Origin: Pirellulales bacterium
Lineage (GTDB): Bacteria; Planctomycetota; Planctomycetia; Pirellulales; JADZDJ01
Length of the DNA: 64,000 bases
Assembly: GCA_963820835.1 (NCBI GenBank)
Contig: CAWGBP010000005.1
Location: 6,257-70,256 of the forward strand
Reading direction: 5' to 3'
The translations under genes were made by a program, and so were the position numbers. Below, in pieces: positions 17,261 to 26,572 of this stretch (position 1 is its first letter; every line of letters starts with the position of its first letter). The notes below the pieces were generated by a model. That model worked only from the letters and a program-made list of their open reading frames with translations. It was not told where the DNA came from and searched no databases.

Positions 17261-19404
17261 ATCGACACTCGCAATGCGTCCTTTTCGTATTTTTTCCACT
17301 CCTTCTTACCGGCAACGCCAGTTGCAAGTGTAATCTTTGAGCACGCCCATTGTTTAATAGCCTCTGCAACTTTTTTATCGCCTGCCTTGTCAATGGCAGA
17401 TTTTAATTTAGATATATCGTGTTGTAGTCTAAGGGCGTAGAAGAAACGTCCAGTTTCTCCAAAGGTGAACCGATCAAACTCGTTCTTGGTTTCCCCGGTG
17501 CAAATCCTACTCAAAGTCTTCTGGGCATCCTGGATCTCGTCATCCGCGTCCTGCGCCCGCCAGTCTTCTAGCCTTCTTATTTTCTCCGCTGTTTGCGGAG
17601 GTCCCATATGTACCAATAGGTCGAAGCGACCTGAACGAATAATGGCTCCGTCAAAACTACCGATGTAGTTTGTGGCCATGAAATAGATGCACCTCCCACC
17701 TTGATTAAGTCGCTGTAGTTTTGGAAGCATGCTGGTAGTAAGTAACTGCTGGGAGACATCGATTGGATTAGTTGAAGCATCGGTTTCGGCAACATCACGA
17801 CTCTGAACAAGCGCGTCCATTTCGTCAAATAGGACGACTACGCCATACAAGTCCTGAAGGTCCTCGAAAACCTCAGAAACCTTGTTGTAAATACCTTCCA
17901 AGCCCGCACTGAGAAAGTCCGAGGGCGATAGTTCAACAAAATACCAACCTAAACGTTTAGCCACCGCTGCGCAGAGCGTTGTTTTGGAAGTTCCTGGCGG
18001 ACCAAAGAGAACCGCAGAATGCCGACACTTCAGGTATAGCCGCGGTGATAGAGATGCATTTTCTAAGAGTTGCTCTGTTGGCTCAAGAATTTCTTTGTCG
18101 ATTAGTTTTTTAACTGAATTTCGATCGTCAACTATGTCGCATTCTTTTGCCTTAAGAAAATGAAAATCCAGGTATTTGTCCCACGCGGCCTTTTCTTTTG
18201 GCCAAGATCGCGCTCGATTTTGAAATTTTGCCAGAACTGTGTCCCTGATGTGAATTGACAATTGATTGTTGAGACGAGCCAAGAACATATGCGCGACGCC
18301 GGTTGGCCAAGACTCTGGCTCGCCACGGCGCATGGCTTGAATGTCGCCACCGGCGTTCCAACCATAAAAGACCTTTCCATTGTGACGAAACTCAAGTCTG
18401 TTGAATTCCAACCAGGTAAGTGCCTTGTCAAGACGCCGCAAAGTATCTGGATCAGAAAGGATCTCCGGAAACTCGGATACGACTGCTTCAAGTACTTCGA
18501 AATGCCAACAATGGTTGGGACCAGATGTCGGATAGTGAAAGATGGGAAAGTATTTCTCCCAAACACCTGATTGCTCGTTTTGCTTTTCAAAAAAAGCCTT
18601 GATCCCTCCCCTCAACTCAGACTCTGATGGAAATTGCGTTTTCTTCAAAGCTTCGTAGAGTTCAACTGATTTTTCTGCAAATCTTTGTAGAGATCGGCAT
18701 AAGCAAGCTGCCATTGCCAACGCAACGGGATCCATCATCGCCTGATACTCGGCTGCAATGAGTGAGTGTTGTCGTCTGAATTCTGCGGCCGCCCAATTGG
18801 CGAGTTCCTGTGCGGAATCGCTTTCCAACCTGACACAAAGTTTGGACGCTGCGTCGACGATCCAAAAACCAATTGTCGGTGATGCGGGGAAAGGCGATAG
18901 GGCGAATGTGGCATCAGGGACTTTCAAATATTCTTCAAGGATTGCGATGATGGATTTGCGGTTGCAGATTCGCCATGCATCAGGAACGTCAGGTTCATCG
19001 TTGTACGATCGATATTCCTCTGAAACGTTTTTTTCACTTAATACTCGAGCCGCACGCATAAATCCTGCCGCCCTCGCCACAACAGCTACGGTGAACGCGT
19101 TATTTGCCGGAAGGCCGCCTGTGTCCCATGGTTGACCCATTATTATTGAGAATGCTTGTAAAGCTTTCTTTGTCGGACGAAAAACCATGGATGGTATTCC
19201 TGCAACGCAGAATGCCATCCAAGCCGTACAAGTCGGTGTAACGCTAGGAGCACTTAATGGCGATGGTGGCCTGCTTGGAAGACGATAAAAAAAGGTGGAC
19301 CCCTCGGGGTCTCGAAACGCCGCATGGTCGTCGACGAGAGTACTTCCAAGGTTGCGTGTACGTTCGCGGAGCTGACGCAACGTCTTAAGTAGCTTAATTG
19401 ACAT
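17254..19404 (-). CDS. AAA+ ATPase (classic AAA clade) with ~460-aa N-terminal domain of unknown function
   Basis: C-terminal half: Walker A LFGPPGTSKTT, Walker B VVLFDEMDAL and a sensor/arginine-finger region. The start overlaps the upstream PurA-like gene by 11 nt. Confidence 0.7.
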   Translation of the reverse strand: MSIKLLKTLRQLRERTRNLGSTLVDDHAAFRDPEGSTFFYRLPSRPPSPLSAPSVTPTCTAWMAFCVAGIPSMVFRPTKKALQAFSIIMGQPWDTGGLPANNAFTVAVVARAAGFMRAARVLSEKNVSEEYRSYNDEPDVPDAWRICNRKSIIAILEEYLKVPDATFALSPFPASPTIGFWIVDAASKLCVRLESDSAQELANWAAAEFRRQHSLIAAEYQAMMDPVALAMAACLCRSLQRFAEKSVELYEALKKTQFPSESELRGGIKAFFEKQNEQSGVWEKYFPIFHYPTSGPNHCWHFEVLEAVVSEFPEILSDPDTLRRLDKALTWLEFNRLEFRHNGKVFYGWNAGGDIQAMRRGEPESWPTGVAHMFLARLNNQLSIHIRDTVLAKFQNRARSWPKEKAAWDKYLDFHFLKAKECDIVDDRNSVKKLIDKEILEPTEQLLENASLSPRLYLKCRHSAVLFGPPGTSKTTLCAAVAKRLGWYFVELSPSDFLSAGLEGIYNKVSEVFEDLQDLYGVVVLFDEMDALVQSRDVAETDASTNPIDVSQQLLTTSMLPKLQRLNQGGRCIYFMATNYIGSFDGAIIRSGRFDLLVHMGPPQTAEKIRRLEDWRAQDADDEIQDAQKTLSRICTGETKNEFDRFTFGETGRFFYALRLQHDISKLKSAIDKAGDKKVAEAIKQWACSKITLATGVAGKKEWKKYEKDALRVSIQ

Positions 19405-20452
19405 TAGCTACCTCTCTGGAGCATTCGTTGGCCAGCGAGATTGCATCGAATGTACCAAAGCCAGTACCAACCCAATCGATTGGTGCTCGTAACTCGGCTT
19501 TAAGAAGTGAGAGAAAGTCGACGGCCTTCGAAGTGAGTGTAGCCAAACTTTCAGCGCCGCGATTGGCATAGTCCAATCGGTCGAGGCCCATAACCGCAAT
19601 GGAAGTTGGCTTGTTATAATCGAACGCCTTTCGCACCAATTCTAGATCGAACATTGCCACCCGACGGAGCTTTTTCGTAACTGAGGTGTATTCCGGCTCA
19701 ACCGTCGGTGCGCCCGATATTTCTTGCACATACTTCCAATTGATTTCATTCGCAATTGGGCCGCTATTACCTCCAACGCGAATCGGAAATGTTCGGATAA
19801 CCATTACAATTTCGCTAACATCACGCGGTGAAATTCCCACCTCAGCAGCGAACGCGGCCGCGGTCGTATCTTTGGAAGTCACGTATGGGTAATCCGGGCC
19901 ATGAAGCAAAGAAAGGCCAAATCCCTGTGTTCCTTCCACGATTACATTTCTTCTTTGGCGGATTAAGTCGTGAACAAGTGGTGCGACCGGCTCGATTCGA
20001 GCAACGCGTGCGATCAATTGTGAATTTGCCGCTAGAACCGGTGTAGATCGAAGCAGTCGCCTGGATGATGCACTTCCAGTACCCGAACCCGTACTTGCAA
20101 TTGACCGAGTCAGTGGTGATTCGTGGACCTTGTCAGCTTCTGAAATTGTCGCGGCTCGTGGATCAACAATTACGCGTGACCGCGTAATCCCAAGATCGGT
20201 TATTTCGTCTACCAGAACAGATTCGTCGACAACCGCACCTGCTGCAATTGCCACAATTGCATCCGAAATTGCAACAGACGAGGGCAAATGCCGGAGGATC
20301 TGATCGGTGAAGCCGACGGACGTTGTATGTCCTGAATTCGGCCCTCCGCACCGAACGACGCATGAAATTGGCCGCGTGCGTGAAAGGAGAGCAACAACTT
20401 TGCCCTTGCCTTCCGATCCGTATTGTCCACCAACAACTATGGTCACTGGCAT
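19394..20452 (-). CDS. Short (352 aa) adenylosuccinate-synthetase-family enzyme (archaeal-PurA / PurZ-like size) with non-canonical P-loop GSEGKGK
   Basis: Motifs match PurA: GGQYGSEGKGKV for QWGDEGKGK, GGPNSGHT for GGHNAGHT, and EGTQGFGLSLLHGPDYPYVTSKDTT for [24 protein letters not shown]. The catalytic Asp13 equivalent is replaced by Ser. It is ~80 aa shorter than bacterial PurA. Confidence 0.7.
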   Translation of the reverse strand: MPVTIVVGGQYGSEGKGKVVALLSRTRPISCVVRCGGPNSGHTTSVGFTDQILRHLPSSVAISDAIVAIAAGAVVDESVLVDEITDLGITRSRVIVDPRAATISEADKVHESPLTRSIASTGSGTGSASSRRLLRSTPVLAANSQLIARVARIEPVAPLVHDLIRQRRNVIVEGTQGFGLSLLHGPDYPYVTSKDTTAAAFAAEVGISPRDVSEIVMVIRTFPIRVGGNSGPIANEINWKYVQEISGAPTVEPEYTSVTKKLRRVAMFDLELVRKAFDYNKPTSIAVMGLDRLDYANRGAESLATLTSKAVDFLSLLKAELRAPIDWVGTGFGTFDAISLANECSREVANVN

Positions 20453-20704
20453 CCGAGAGGCTTTCGTCTAGAGCTATTTATCAGACGCTTTTTGCGCAAG
20501 ATAGCCTATCGCTGGTTGGCAAATCGTAAAACCCCACTTGAAATCCGTTGGTGTTCGAAGAGCGTCCATGGTTGCTTCCCGATTCTACTCAACACGACTG
20601 CACTTCGCCCCATCACCAGATTCTGAAAGCTCCCCGCTAAGCCGGCCGTTCAACAAGCGCTGAGCATTCTTCCTTCAGATTCGTCGGGCTCACTCGTAAT
20701 ACAG

Positions 20705-21499
20705 CTATTTCCCTCCCCACCACCGGGCGCGCTCCTGAAAGAAATGTTCGTGCGAGTCAGCTTCATCCTCGGCCGTTAAAACCTTGGTCACAAGTGCGTC
20801 CTCCGGCTTCTGCATGCGGTTTAGCCACTTCGAAAAACCCTCTGGGTTGAATGACACTTTTTCGGCAATTGAGAGAGCGCGCTCGAAACGTTCGAAACCG
20901 GGAAGCAGCTTCATAAAAGCAAACGGAGGGATGTGATGGCGGTCGCAAAAAAGCTTCCATCCTTCTGCTTTGATTCGCAATACGAAGCCAGCCGCCAACA
21001 CCCAGTTAAGTCTTTTTTGCCATCGGACAGAGTCACGCAAAAAAGCCTTGCTGGAAAGATTGGTTTCGGTCGTCTCAGCCGCCGACTTGAGATCCCGCAT
21101 TCCTTTCTTGTCCCACTCTCCTAGCCTGCGGCATTCCTCGTCCAATCGAACGGCAGCGTCAAACAGTTCAAAAGAAATCATGTTGTTAAGCTCCTGGAGT
21201 GCGTGGCAATACGGAGAGTGGTCGAGGACTGATTGATGAACTTCCTTGCCCGCACTCGATAGTCGACCCTGTTCAATTTCGTCACCGCGCGCACCTGCAG
21301 CAACAATAAGGAAGTAGCGCTCTTCGGGAGTTAGACGATCGTAATCACCAGCAAGAACTTTGGTATCCATGGTTAATTCCCGTTCGATGGTTAATGGTTT
21401 AATTCGCGGAAAACACTCGCTTGCGTTTGTTGAAAGACTTACAGCACCTGATTTCAACCGTTCTTCACAGAAATGGAACGGGTGAAGCGGTACCATCAT
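20705..21499 (-). CDS. Hypothetical protein (third gene of a small minus-strand operon reading inward from the att-like site)
   Basis: No recognisable domain. It overlaps the upstream ORF by 4 nt. Confidence 0.4.
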   Translation of the reverse strand: MMVPLHPFHFCEERLKSGAVSLSTNASECFPRIKPLTIERELTMDTKVLAGDYDRLTPEERYFLIVAAGARGDEIEQGRLSSAGKEVHQSVLDHSPYCHALQELNNMISFELFDAAVRLDEECRRLGEWDKKGMRDLKSAAETTETNLSSKAFLRDSVRWQKRLNWVLAAGFVLRIKAEGWKLFCDRHHIPPFAFMKLLPGFERFERALSIAEKVSFNPEGFSKWLNRMQKPEDALVTKVLTAEDEADSHEHFFQERARWWGGK

Positions 21500-21888
21500 T
21501 TTTTTGATTCGTTTCTGCTCTGCAGGATGCCCTGGAGAGTTTCCAGTCTTCCGCTGATCACACCGACGCCGATCGCGCGCAGCAGAGCGTCCGCAAGCGA
21601 GGCCGATAAGCGTGATTTCTCCGACACCGGCAAATCCGACCGAGCAACTTGTTGCAATTGCCCAGACAGCACTTGGATGACCTCGTCGGCACCCATCGCC
21701 GCGCTGCCAGAAACAGCGGCTTGGCTTTCCACGAGATCCGCCTCACTTAGCCCGCGGAAACTCTGTTCCAATAGTGCCACAGCCGCCCGCACACGATCGC
21801 TGTCGCGTCGACCTAGACTGGCAACAGCCACCAGCGTGTCGACGGCCTGTCCGGTGGCCGCTTGAATACGACCCACGGCAGATTCCAC
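21496..21888 (-). CDS. Hypothetical small protein
   Basis: Coupled by 4-nt and 1-nt overlaps with the flanking ORFs. Helical and Ala/Leu-rich. Confidence 0.35.
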   Translation of the reverse strand: MESAVGRIQAATGQAVDTLVAVASLGRRDSDRVRAAVALLEQSFRGLSEADLVESQAAVSGSAAMGADEVIQVLSGQLQQVARSDLPVSEKSRLSASLADALLRAIGVGVISGRLETLQGILQSRNESKK

Positions 21889-22259
21889 TAATTGGCGGCG
21901 AGCCCGACGGTAAGCCGCGCAAAAGCCGGCCTGTTTAGCCAGCGGTAAAGCGTCGCTTCGCTAATCCCGGCTTTCGTAGCGGCAGCGCTGTAGGTACGCT
22001 CAGTCAACAACGCAGCAATCAGTGCTTCCTGCTTGGCCATCAGTTTTTGGCCATGTCCTCGAAGCTGCTCGCTCCTGCTAACACTGGCTGCGGCACCCAA
22101 AGCCGCTTGTTCTAAGTCAGCCCCAGGGATGGAATCGCCGCCACTACCGGTCGCGGACTCCGCGGCGGCACCGCCGCTTGGCACCGGCACGTCGTGGTTC
22201 GTAGCGTTGGGTCCGTCCAGGTTCGAGGCGTCTTGCGACGAATTTGTTTGGCTAGACAC
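21888..22259 (-). CDS. HTH-domain protein (terminase-small-subunit / excisionase-like helix-turn-helix at C-terminus)
   Basis: ALLTERTYSAAATKAGISEATLYRWL is a classic HTH of mobile-element regulators. It lies ~200 nt from the tRNA-like att fragment. Confidence 0.45.
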   Translation of the reverse strand: MSSQTNSSQDASNLDGPNATNHDVPVPSGGAAAESATGSGGDSIPGADLEQAALGAAASVSRSEQLRGHGQKLMAKQEALIAALLTERTYSAAATKAGISEATLYRWLNRPAFARLTVGLAAN

Positions 22260-22387
22260 GAGGACCTCCCGCCGCTTGCGCGAGAATAAGAATGGCCTCT
22301 CTGACCGAAGCAGGGAGGCTATGCCAGCGGCTTGCGATTAGTTGCAGGTCAGAATCCGCCGAGCTCTCATTGGCCTTTTTCGCTTCG

Positions 22388-22411
22388 CTGGTGCAAACCC
22401 TGGTGCAAACC
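22388..22411. repeat. Perfect 12-bp tandem duplication ctggtgcaaacc x2 just upstream of the tRNA-like fragment
   Basis: Seen directly in the sequence. Confidence 0.9.
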
Positions 22412-22463
22412 GGCGCAGGCGATGATATAACTTCTTGCTTGTCTGGACTTAGAACTTCGGCGC

Positions 22464-22510
22464 TCGGATTGTGGATCTGGGGGTCACGGGTTCAAGTCCC
22501 GTTAGCCACC
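22464..22510 (+). tRNA. Partial tRNA: 3' fragment (anticodon arm GUG = His, variable loop, T-arm GGTTCAAGTCC, 3' acceptor strand TAGCCAC, discriminator C). No matching 5' acceptor strand or D-arm is present, so this is a candidate att site remnant.
   Basis: Folded by hand. The anticodon stem tcgga/tctgg has 2 GU pairs and the loop ttGTGga has U33 and R37. The T stem is acggg/cccgt with loop ttcaagt. No gtggcta 5' strand lies within 100 nt upstream. Confidence 0.45.
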
Positions 22511-22717
22511 CTGGTTATAATTCTCGCCCGATTCTTCTATCGGACTGTCGGCGCATTATTCAAGTGTCGATTGATGCCAGCTAAAATTGGGCGATAGACG
22601 ACTCGCCAAAAGTAGTCATGACCCGTGCGCCGAACGGAGTGCTGATGTAGGGGCCTCTCATATGGATTTCGCAGCACGACGAATCCGGCCGCCGCATTCT
22701 TAATTGTTCGCTTCCAA

Positions 22718-23328
22718 TTGGACTTTTCGATGTGGCCGAATCAGCAAGAAACGATTGAGTTATTGGATCGAGCACAGCGAGGCAGCCCGGAGGCTGTGAA
22801 CCGGCTGATGGCTCGGCATCGCGATTCGCTGCACAGGATGGTGGCTTGCCGGCTGAATCAGGGCGTGGCAAAGCGCGTCGATGCGAGCGATGTTGTGCAG
22901 GACGCATTGCTGACGGCAAGCCGCCGATTGACTGAGTATCTGCAAAATCCTGGCATGCCGTTCCACGCCTGGCTGCGGCAATTGGCGCGCGACCGGCTGG
23001 TCGATGTTTATCGGCGGGAATTGGCCGAGAAGCGCGATCTAGGCGCGAACGGGCGGTTGCCGACTGCGAGCGATCGTCGCTTAGCCCTTTTTCACAATTG
23101 CGCGATGCGCAGTTGACCCCCGCGGCACAACTGCTCGAGAAGGAATTCGAGCTGCGATTTGAGCAGGCCGTGGAGCGGTTAGATGACGATGTGCGCGAGA
23201 TTATAATGATGCGCCACGGGGAAAGGCTTTCCAATTCGCAAGTCGCCGAGTTACTGGGGATCAGTGAAGCAGCGGCGGGAATGAGATACTTAAGGGCGCT
23301 ACGTCAATTGAAATCGGCGCTCAACTAG
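22718..23328 (+). CDS. ECF-type sigma-70 factor, split by a 1-nt frameshift near 23095 (region 2 in one frame, region 4 in the next)
   Basis: Region 2: DVVQDALLTASRRL...FHAWLRQLARDRLVDVYRRE. Region 4: LRDAQ...ERLDDDVREIIMMRHGERLSNSQVAELLGISEAAAGMRYLRALRQL. Confidence 0.75.
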
Positions 23329-23340
23329 AGAGACGGCTCT

Positions 23341-25097
23341 GTGCGAGCCGCAGAGATGACCGCTGACCTCTCCAACACGGCTGGGCAAAGTGATGCTGGG
23401 GGTGCATCGTCCGCGACGCGCTTGGCGGCATTGATGGACGAGTTCCTGGCATGCGCCGAGCAGGGAAGCCTGTCGATATTGAGCAAGCGGCAGCGGCGAA
23501 CCCAGACTTCGGGAAAGAATTGCGCGAATTGTGGGGCGTAGCGGCGCTGGCGGAGGAATTTGGAAGCAGGTGCGGGAATTCGACCATCGAGGGAGCCGGC
23601 GATTTGATTGACGCGCAACAGGCGCGCATTGATACGCTTGGCAAGAACATCGACGATTACGAATTGCTCGAAGAGTTGGGCCGCGGCGGAATGGGAGTGG
23701 TCTTCCGCGCACGTCAGAAAAGCCTCGATCGAATCGTAGCCCTGAAAATCATTCTTGCAGGCTCGGCAGCAACCCGAGCAGACTTGGCGCGCTTTCGGGG
23801 TGAAGCAGAAACCGCCGCGCAGCTCAATCACCCGCACATTGTGCCGGTTTATGAAGTCGGAGAGCATAATGGATTGCCGTACTTTACGATGCGGTACATT
23901 CCCGGAACGACGCTGGCCGAGCGGCTGGCGGAGGGGCCAATTCCTGGGCGGGAGGCAGCGCAAATACTCACTCCGATTGCCCGAGCGATCGCCAGCGCAC
24001 ATCAAAAGGGAGTGCTGCACCGCGATTTGAAGCCGTCGAACATCTTGATCGACGGGGACGGCCGGCCTTATGTGAGCGATTTTGGACTGGCAAAAAAGTT
24101 GTTGACCGGTGGGCTCGATGATGCAACCCAGTCGTTCGCGCAAATCACTCAGACAGGCGCAATCCTGGGCACACCGGGTTACATGAGCCCGGAACAAGCG
24201 GCGGGGAGCCGAAGCACAATTGGTGTGGCCACGGATGTCTACAGCATGGGCGCGATACTTTATGCGGCGCTCACCGGACGCCCACCGTTTCAAGCGGCGT
24301 CGCCGGTGGATACGGTGCTCATGGCGTTGGAACAGGATCCAATAGCCCCGCAGTTGCTGAATCCGCGCGTCGATCGCGATCTAGAAATGATCGCGCTCAA
24401 ATGTTTGCAGCGGCCGGTCGAACTGCGGTATGCCTCGGCGGAGGATCTAGCTGCCGACTTGGAGGCCTATTTGGCCGATGAACCAATTTCAGCCCGATCG
24501 TCGAAATTCCGACAGATATTGACGCGCGCGTTTCGCGAGACGCACCACGTCGGCGTACTTGAAAATTGGGGACTGTTGTGGATTCTGCACTCGGTGGTGC
24601 TCTTGATTTTGTGCGTGGTAACGAACGTTTTCCAACTGAGCGGGATCGCGTCGCGGTGGCCATATCTGGCGCTATGGACGATCGGTCTAGGAACCTGGGC
24701 AGTCGTGTTTTGGAATTTGCGGCATCGCAGCGGACCGATTACGTTCGTCGAGCGGCAAATTGCGCATGTGTGGGCCGGAAGCATGATCGTCGATGTGTTT
24801 ATGTATGTCATCGAGTTCATGCTGGGGATGCCGGTGCTCACACTCTCTCCCATGTTGGGGCCGGTCGGCGGCGCAGTATTTTTAGCAAAGGCCGCGATGC
24901 TGTCGGGAGTGTTTTACATACAAGCCGTGGCGCTGTGCGCGACTGGTTTGGTCATGGCGTGGATGCAGCGACAGAGCGTCATGCCAAATTTGGCCGTGAG
25001 CTTGTTTGGAGTTGTCTCGGCGATCTCGTTTTTTGTGCCAGGTTGGAAGTATTACCGCATAGCGCGGCGCCAAGTTCGACGGCAGGCACGGGTGTGA
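23341..25097 (+). CDS. Membrane-anchored Ser/Thr protein kinase (sigma-associated), N-terminal leader in a different frame (frameshift near 23465)
   Basis: Leader ...RLAALMDEFLACAEQG, then KPVDIEQAAAANPDFGKELRELWG in the next frame. Kinase motifs GRGGMGVVF, ALK, HRDLKPSNILI, DFGLA, GTPGYMSPE. The C-terminal ~170 aa are multi-pass TM. Confidence 0.8.
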
Positions 25098-25124
25098 CAG
25101 GGTGTCCAGAATTTCGGACCGATA

Positions 25125-25835
25125 TCAGACAGTTTGATGGATTTCGGCTGAGGCGCGATCGGTTTCGCGCCAGGAACTGACCTCGGAAAGCCCTTGCACG
25201 GCGGCAGCGATTTGGGCGACGAGTTCCTCGGCACGCGCCGCGGGCGCGCCGCTGAATTTCGCGAGATGGATCATTGTGACCAATTCGCGCACCCAAGCCA
25301 GCGTGCCGACCAGGTCGGCGTGCATCCGATTTCTTAGCCGCGAAAGCTGCTCGATGTTTTCGCGGCGGGTCTGTTCGCTGCGCCGGGCGGAATCGACCTC
25401 GCCGGTAAGCTGGGCCAGCGAATCGTTACGAGCTGTGGGCTCGGCCAGCAGGCGATCGATTTGGCGAATTCGATCGGCCTGCGATTTCCAGGCGGCGCGC
25501 AGTTCGGCCAGCCGGTGCTGCTCGCTGTTAAGAACATCTTCAGCCCAACCGTCGAGCCCGCCAAGTGCGGCATCGAGCTCAGTTTCAACTTGCGAAATTG
25601 CCGCGGCCAGTGAATCGTGATTTTCCGCGTTTAATTCAGCAAATTCATCTGTATGGGGCGGGTCGTCGATCGGCGAACTTAGCAAGATTGGAATGAACAA
25701 CGGCCAAAACAGACATGCTTCGATAGCTTTCAGAATCGTCGGGCCGGCAGAGCCTTTTCGCTCGCGAACGTAAACAGCTACAGCAACGCAAGCGCCGAAA
25801 ATCAGGTAAAAAATTGCGCTTTCAGCAAGTAGCAT
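25125..25835 (-). CDS. Membrane-anchored coiled-coil protein, downstream partner of PspA
   Basis: N-terminal TM helices (LIFGACVAVAVYV, LFWPLFIPILL), then coiled coil. 14-nt overlap with pspA. Confidence 0.45.
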   Translation of the reverse strand: MLLAESAIFYLIFGACVAVAVYVRERKGSAGPTILKAIEACLFWPLFIPILLSSPIDDPPHTDEFAELNAENHDSLAAAISQVETELDAALGGLDGWAEDVLNSEQHRLAELRAAWKSQADRIRQIDRLLAEPTARNDSLAQLTGEVDSARRSEQTRRENIEQLSRLRNRMHADLVGTLAWVRELVTMIHLAKFSGAPAARAEELVAQIAAAVQGLSEVSSWRETDRASAEIHQTV

Positions 25836-26481
25836 GATGTGCGGCCTCCTCGAGCGAGCGCAACTCGGCCTCGATTGTCAAGTCGCTTGCCGCCGGAGCG
25901 GTTGGCTCGCCCAGCAATTCCAGTAGTGCTTCGGTTTCGGCTTCGGATTGTTCGACGCGGGCACACATCGCATCGAAATCGGAACAGACTCGACCCAGTT
26001 CAGTATCGCCCGGCAATTGGGCGACGAATTTGCGTTGGGCCACGACTGCGCGGTTGCGGGCAGTCACATCGACCAATTTGCGGCGCGCTTCGGCAAGCTT
26101 GATGCGCATGGCCGAGACCTGATTTTTGAGGCGTTGGCTTAGTGCCTCGGCATTTGCCACTTGCCCGACGAGGGTCTCGACCATGCGCTGATGTTTGGCT
26201 TTGCGCAATAGCTCGGCGCGAGCGGCGTTGTCATCACCGCGGGCCACGGCGGTTTCAGCCTGCCTGGCGGAACGATCGACTGCGGCGCGCTGGTCCGACA
26301 ATTGCCGGACGAGAATTTTGTGATGGGCAATTGCGCGAGCGGCCCCATCGAGAATTTGGCCCAGCGCCGTTTCCATGTCTCGAACCGCCTGGCGCAACAT
26401 TCGTTCAGGGTTTTCGCACTGCTCGATCAGGTCGTTAAGATTGGCGGAAACGAGGCGGCGCATTCGCTTTAAAAGTCCCAT
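25822..26481 (-). CDS. pspA: PspA/IM30 family protein (phage-shock protein A-like)
   Basis: N-terminus MGLLKRMRRLVSANLNDLIEQCENPERMLRQAVRDMETAL is a PspA signature. Coiled-coil throughout. Confidence 0.8.
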   Translation of the reverse strand: MGLLKRMRRLVSANLNDLIEQCENPERMLRQAVRDMETALGQILDGAARAIAHHKILVRQLSDQRAAVDRSARQAETAVARGDDNAARAELLRKAKHQRMVETLVGQVANAEALSQRLKNQVSAMRIKLAEARRKLVDVTARNRAVVAQRKFVAQLPGDTELGRVCSDFDAMCARVEQSEAETEALLELLGEPTAPAASDLTIEAELRSLEEAAHHATC

Positions 26482-26572
26482 GGCTGGCTCCTATGTGTTT
26501 GTCAGATTTCTGCGTTGAATTAGTGGATGAACTTATCTGAGGCAGGATTTAGCAACGGTCGCAACGCGACGA

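Noticed and set aside
19394-20452. Calling this gene purA (housekeeping adenylosuccinate synthetase)
   Set aside because: The family assignment is secure. The protein is ~80 aa shorter than bacterial PurA. The catalytic Asp of GDEGKGK is Ser. The gene sits in an island, coupled to an AAA ATPase. So no gene symbol is assigned.
22430-22513. Complete tRNA or tmRNA at the T-loop-containing site
   Set aside because: The anticodon arm, T-arm and 3' acceptor strand fold well. No complementary 5' acceptor strand (gtggcta-like) or D-arm exists within ~100 nt upstream. A tmRNA-style distant 5' strand about 190-350 nt upstream was also sought. Only a 1-mismatch ggaggcta lies ~190 nt away, too close and unconvincing. 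Kept as a partial tRNA/att remnant only.
22581-23234. 217-aa minus-strand ORF overlapping the sigma factor
   Set aside because: Ser/Arg/Cys-rich with no motifs. The opposite strand encodes clear sigma-70 regions 2 and 4.
23325-24293. 322-aa minus-strand ORF
   Set aside because: It is antisense to the well-supported kinase gene. Its amino-acid composition is Arg/Cys/Ala-rich, as expected for a high-GC antisense frame, and it has no motifs.
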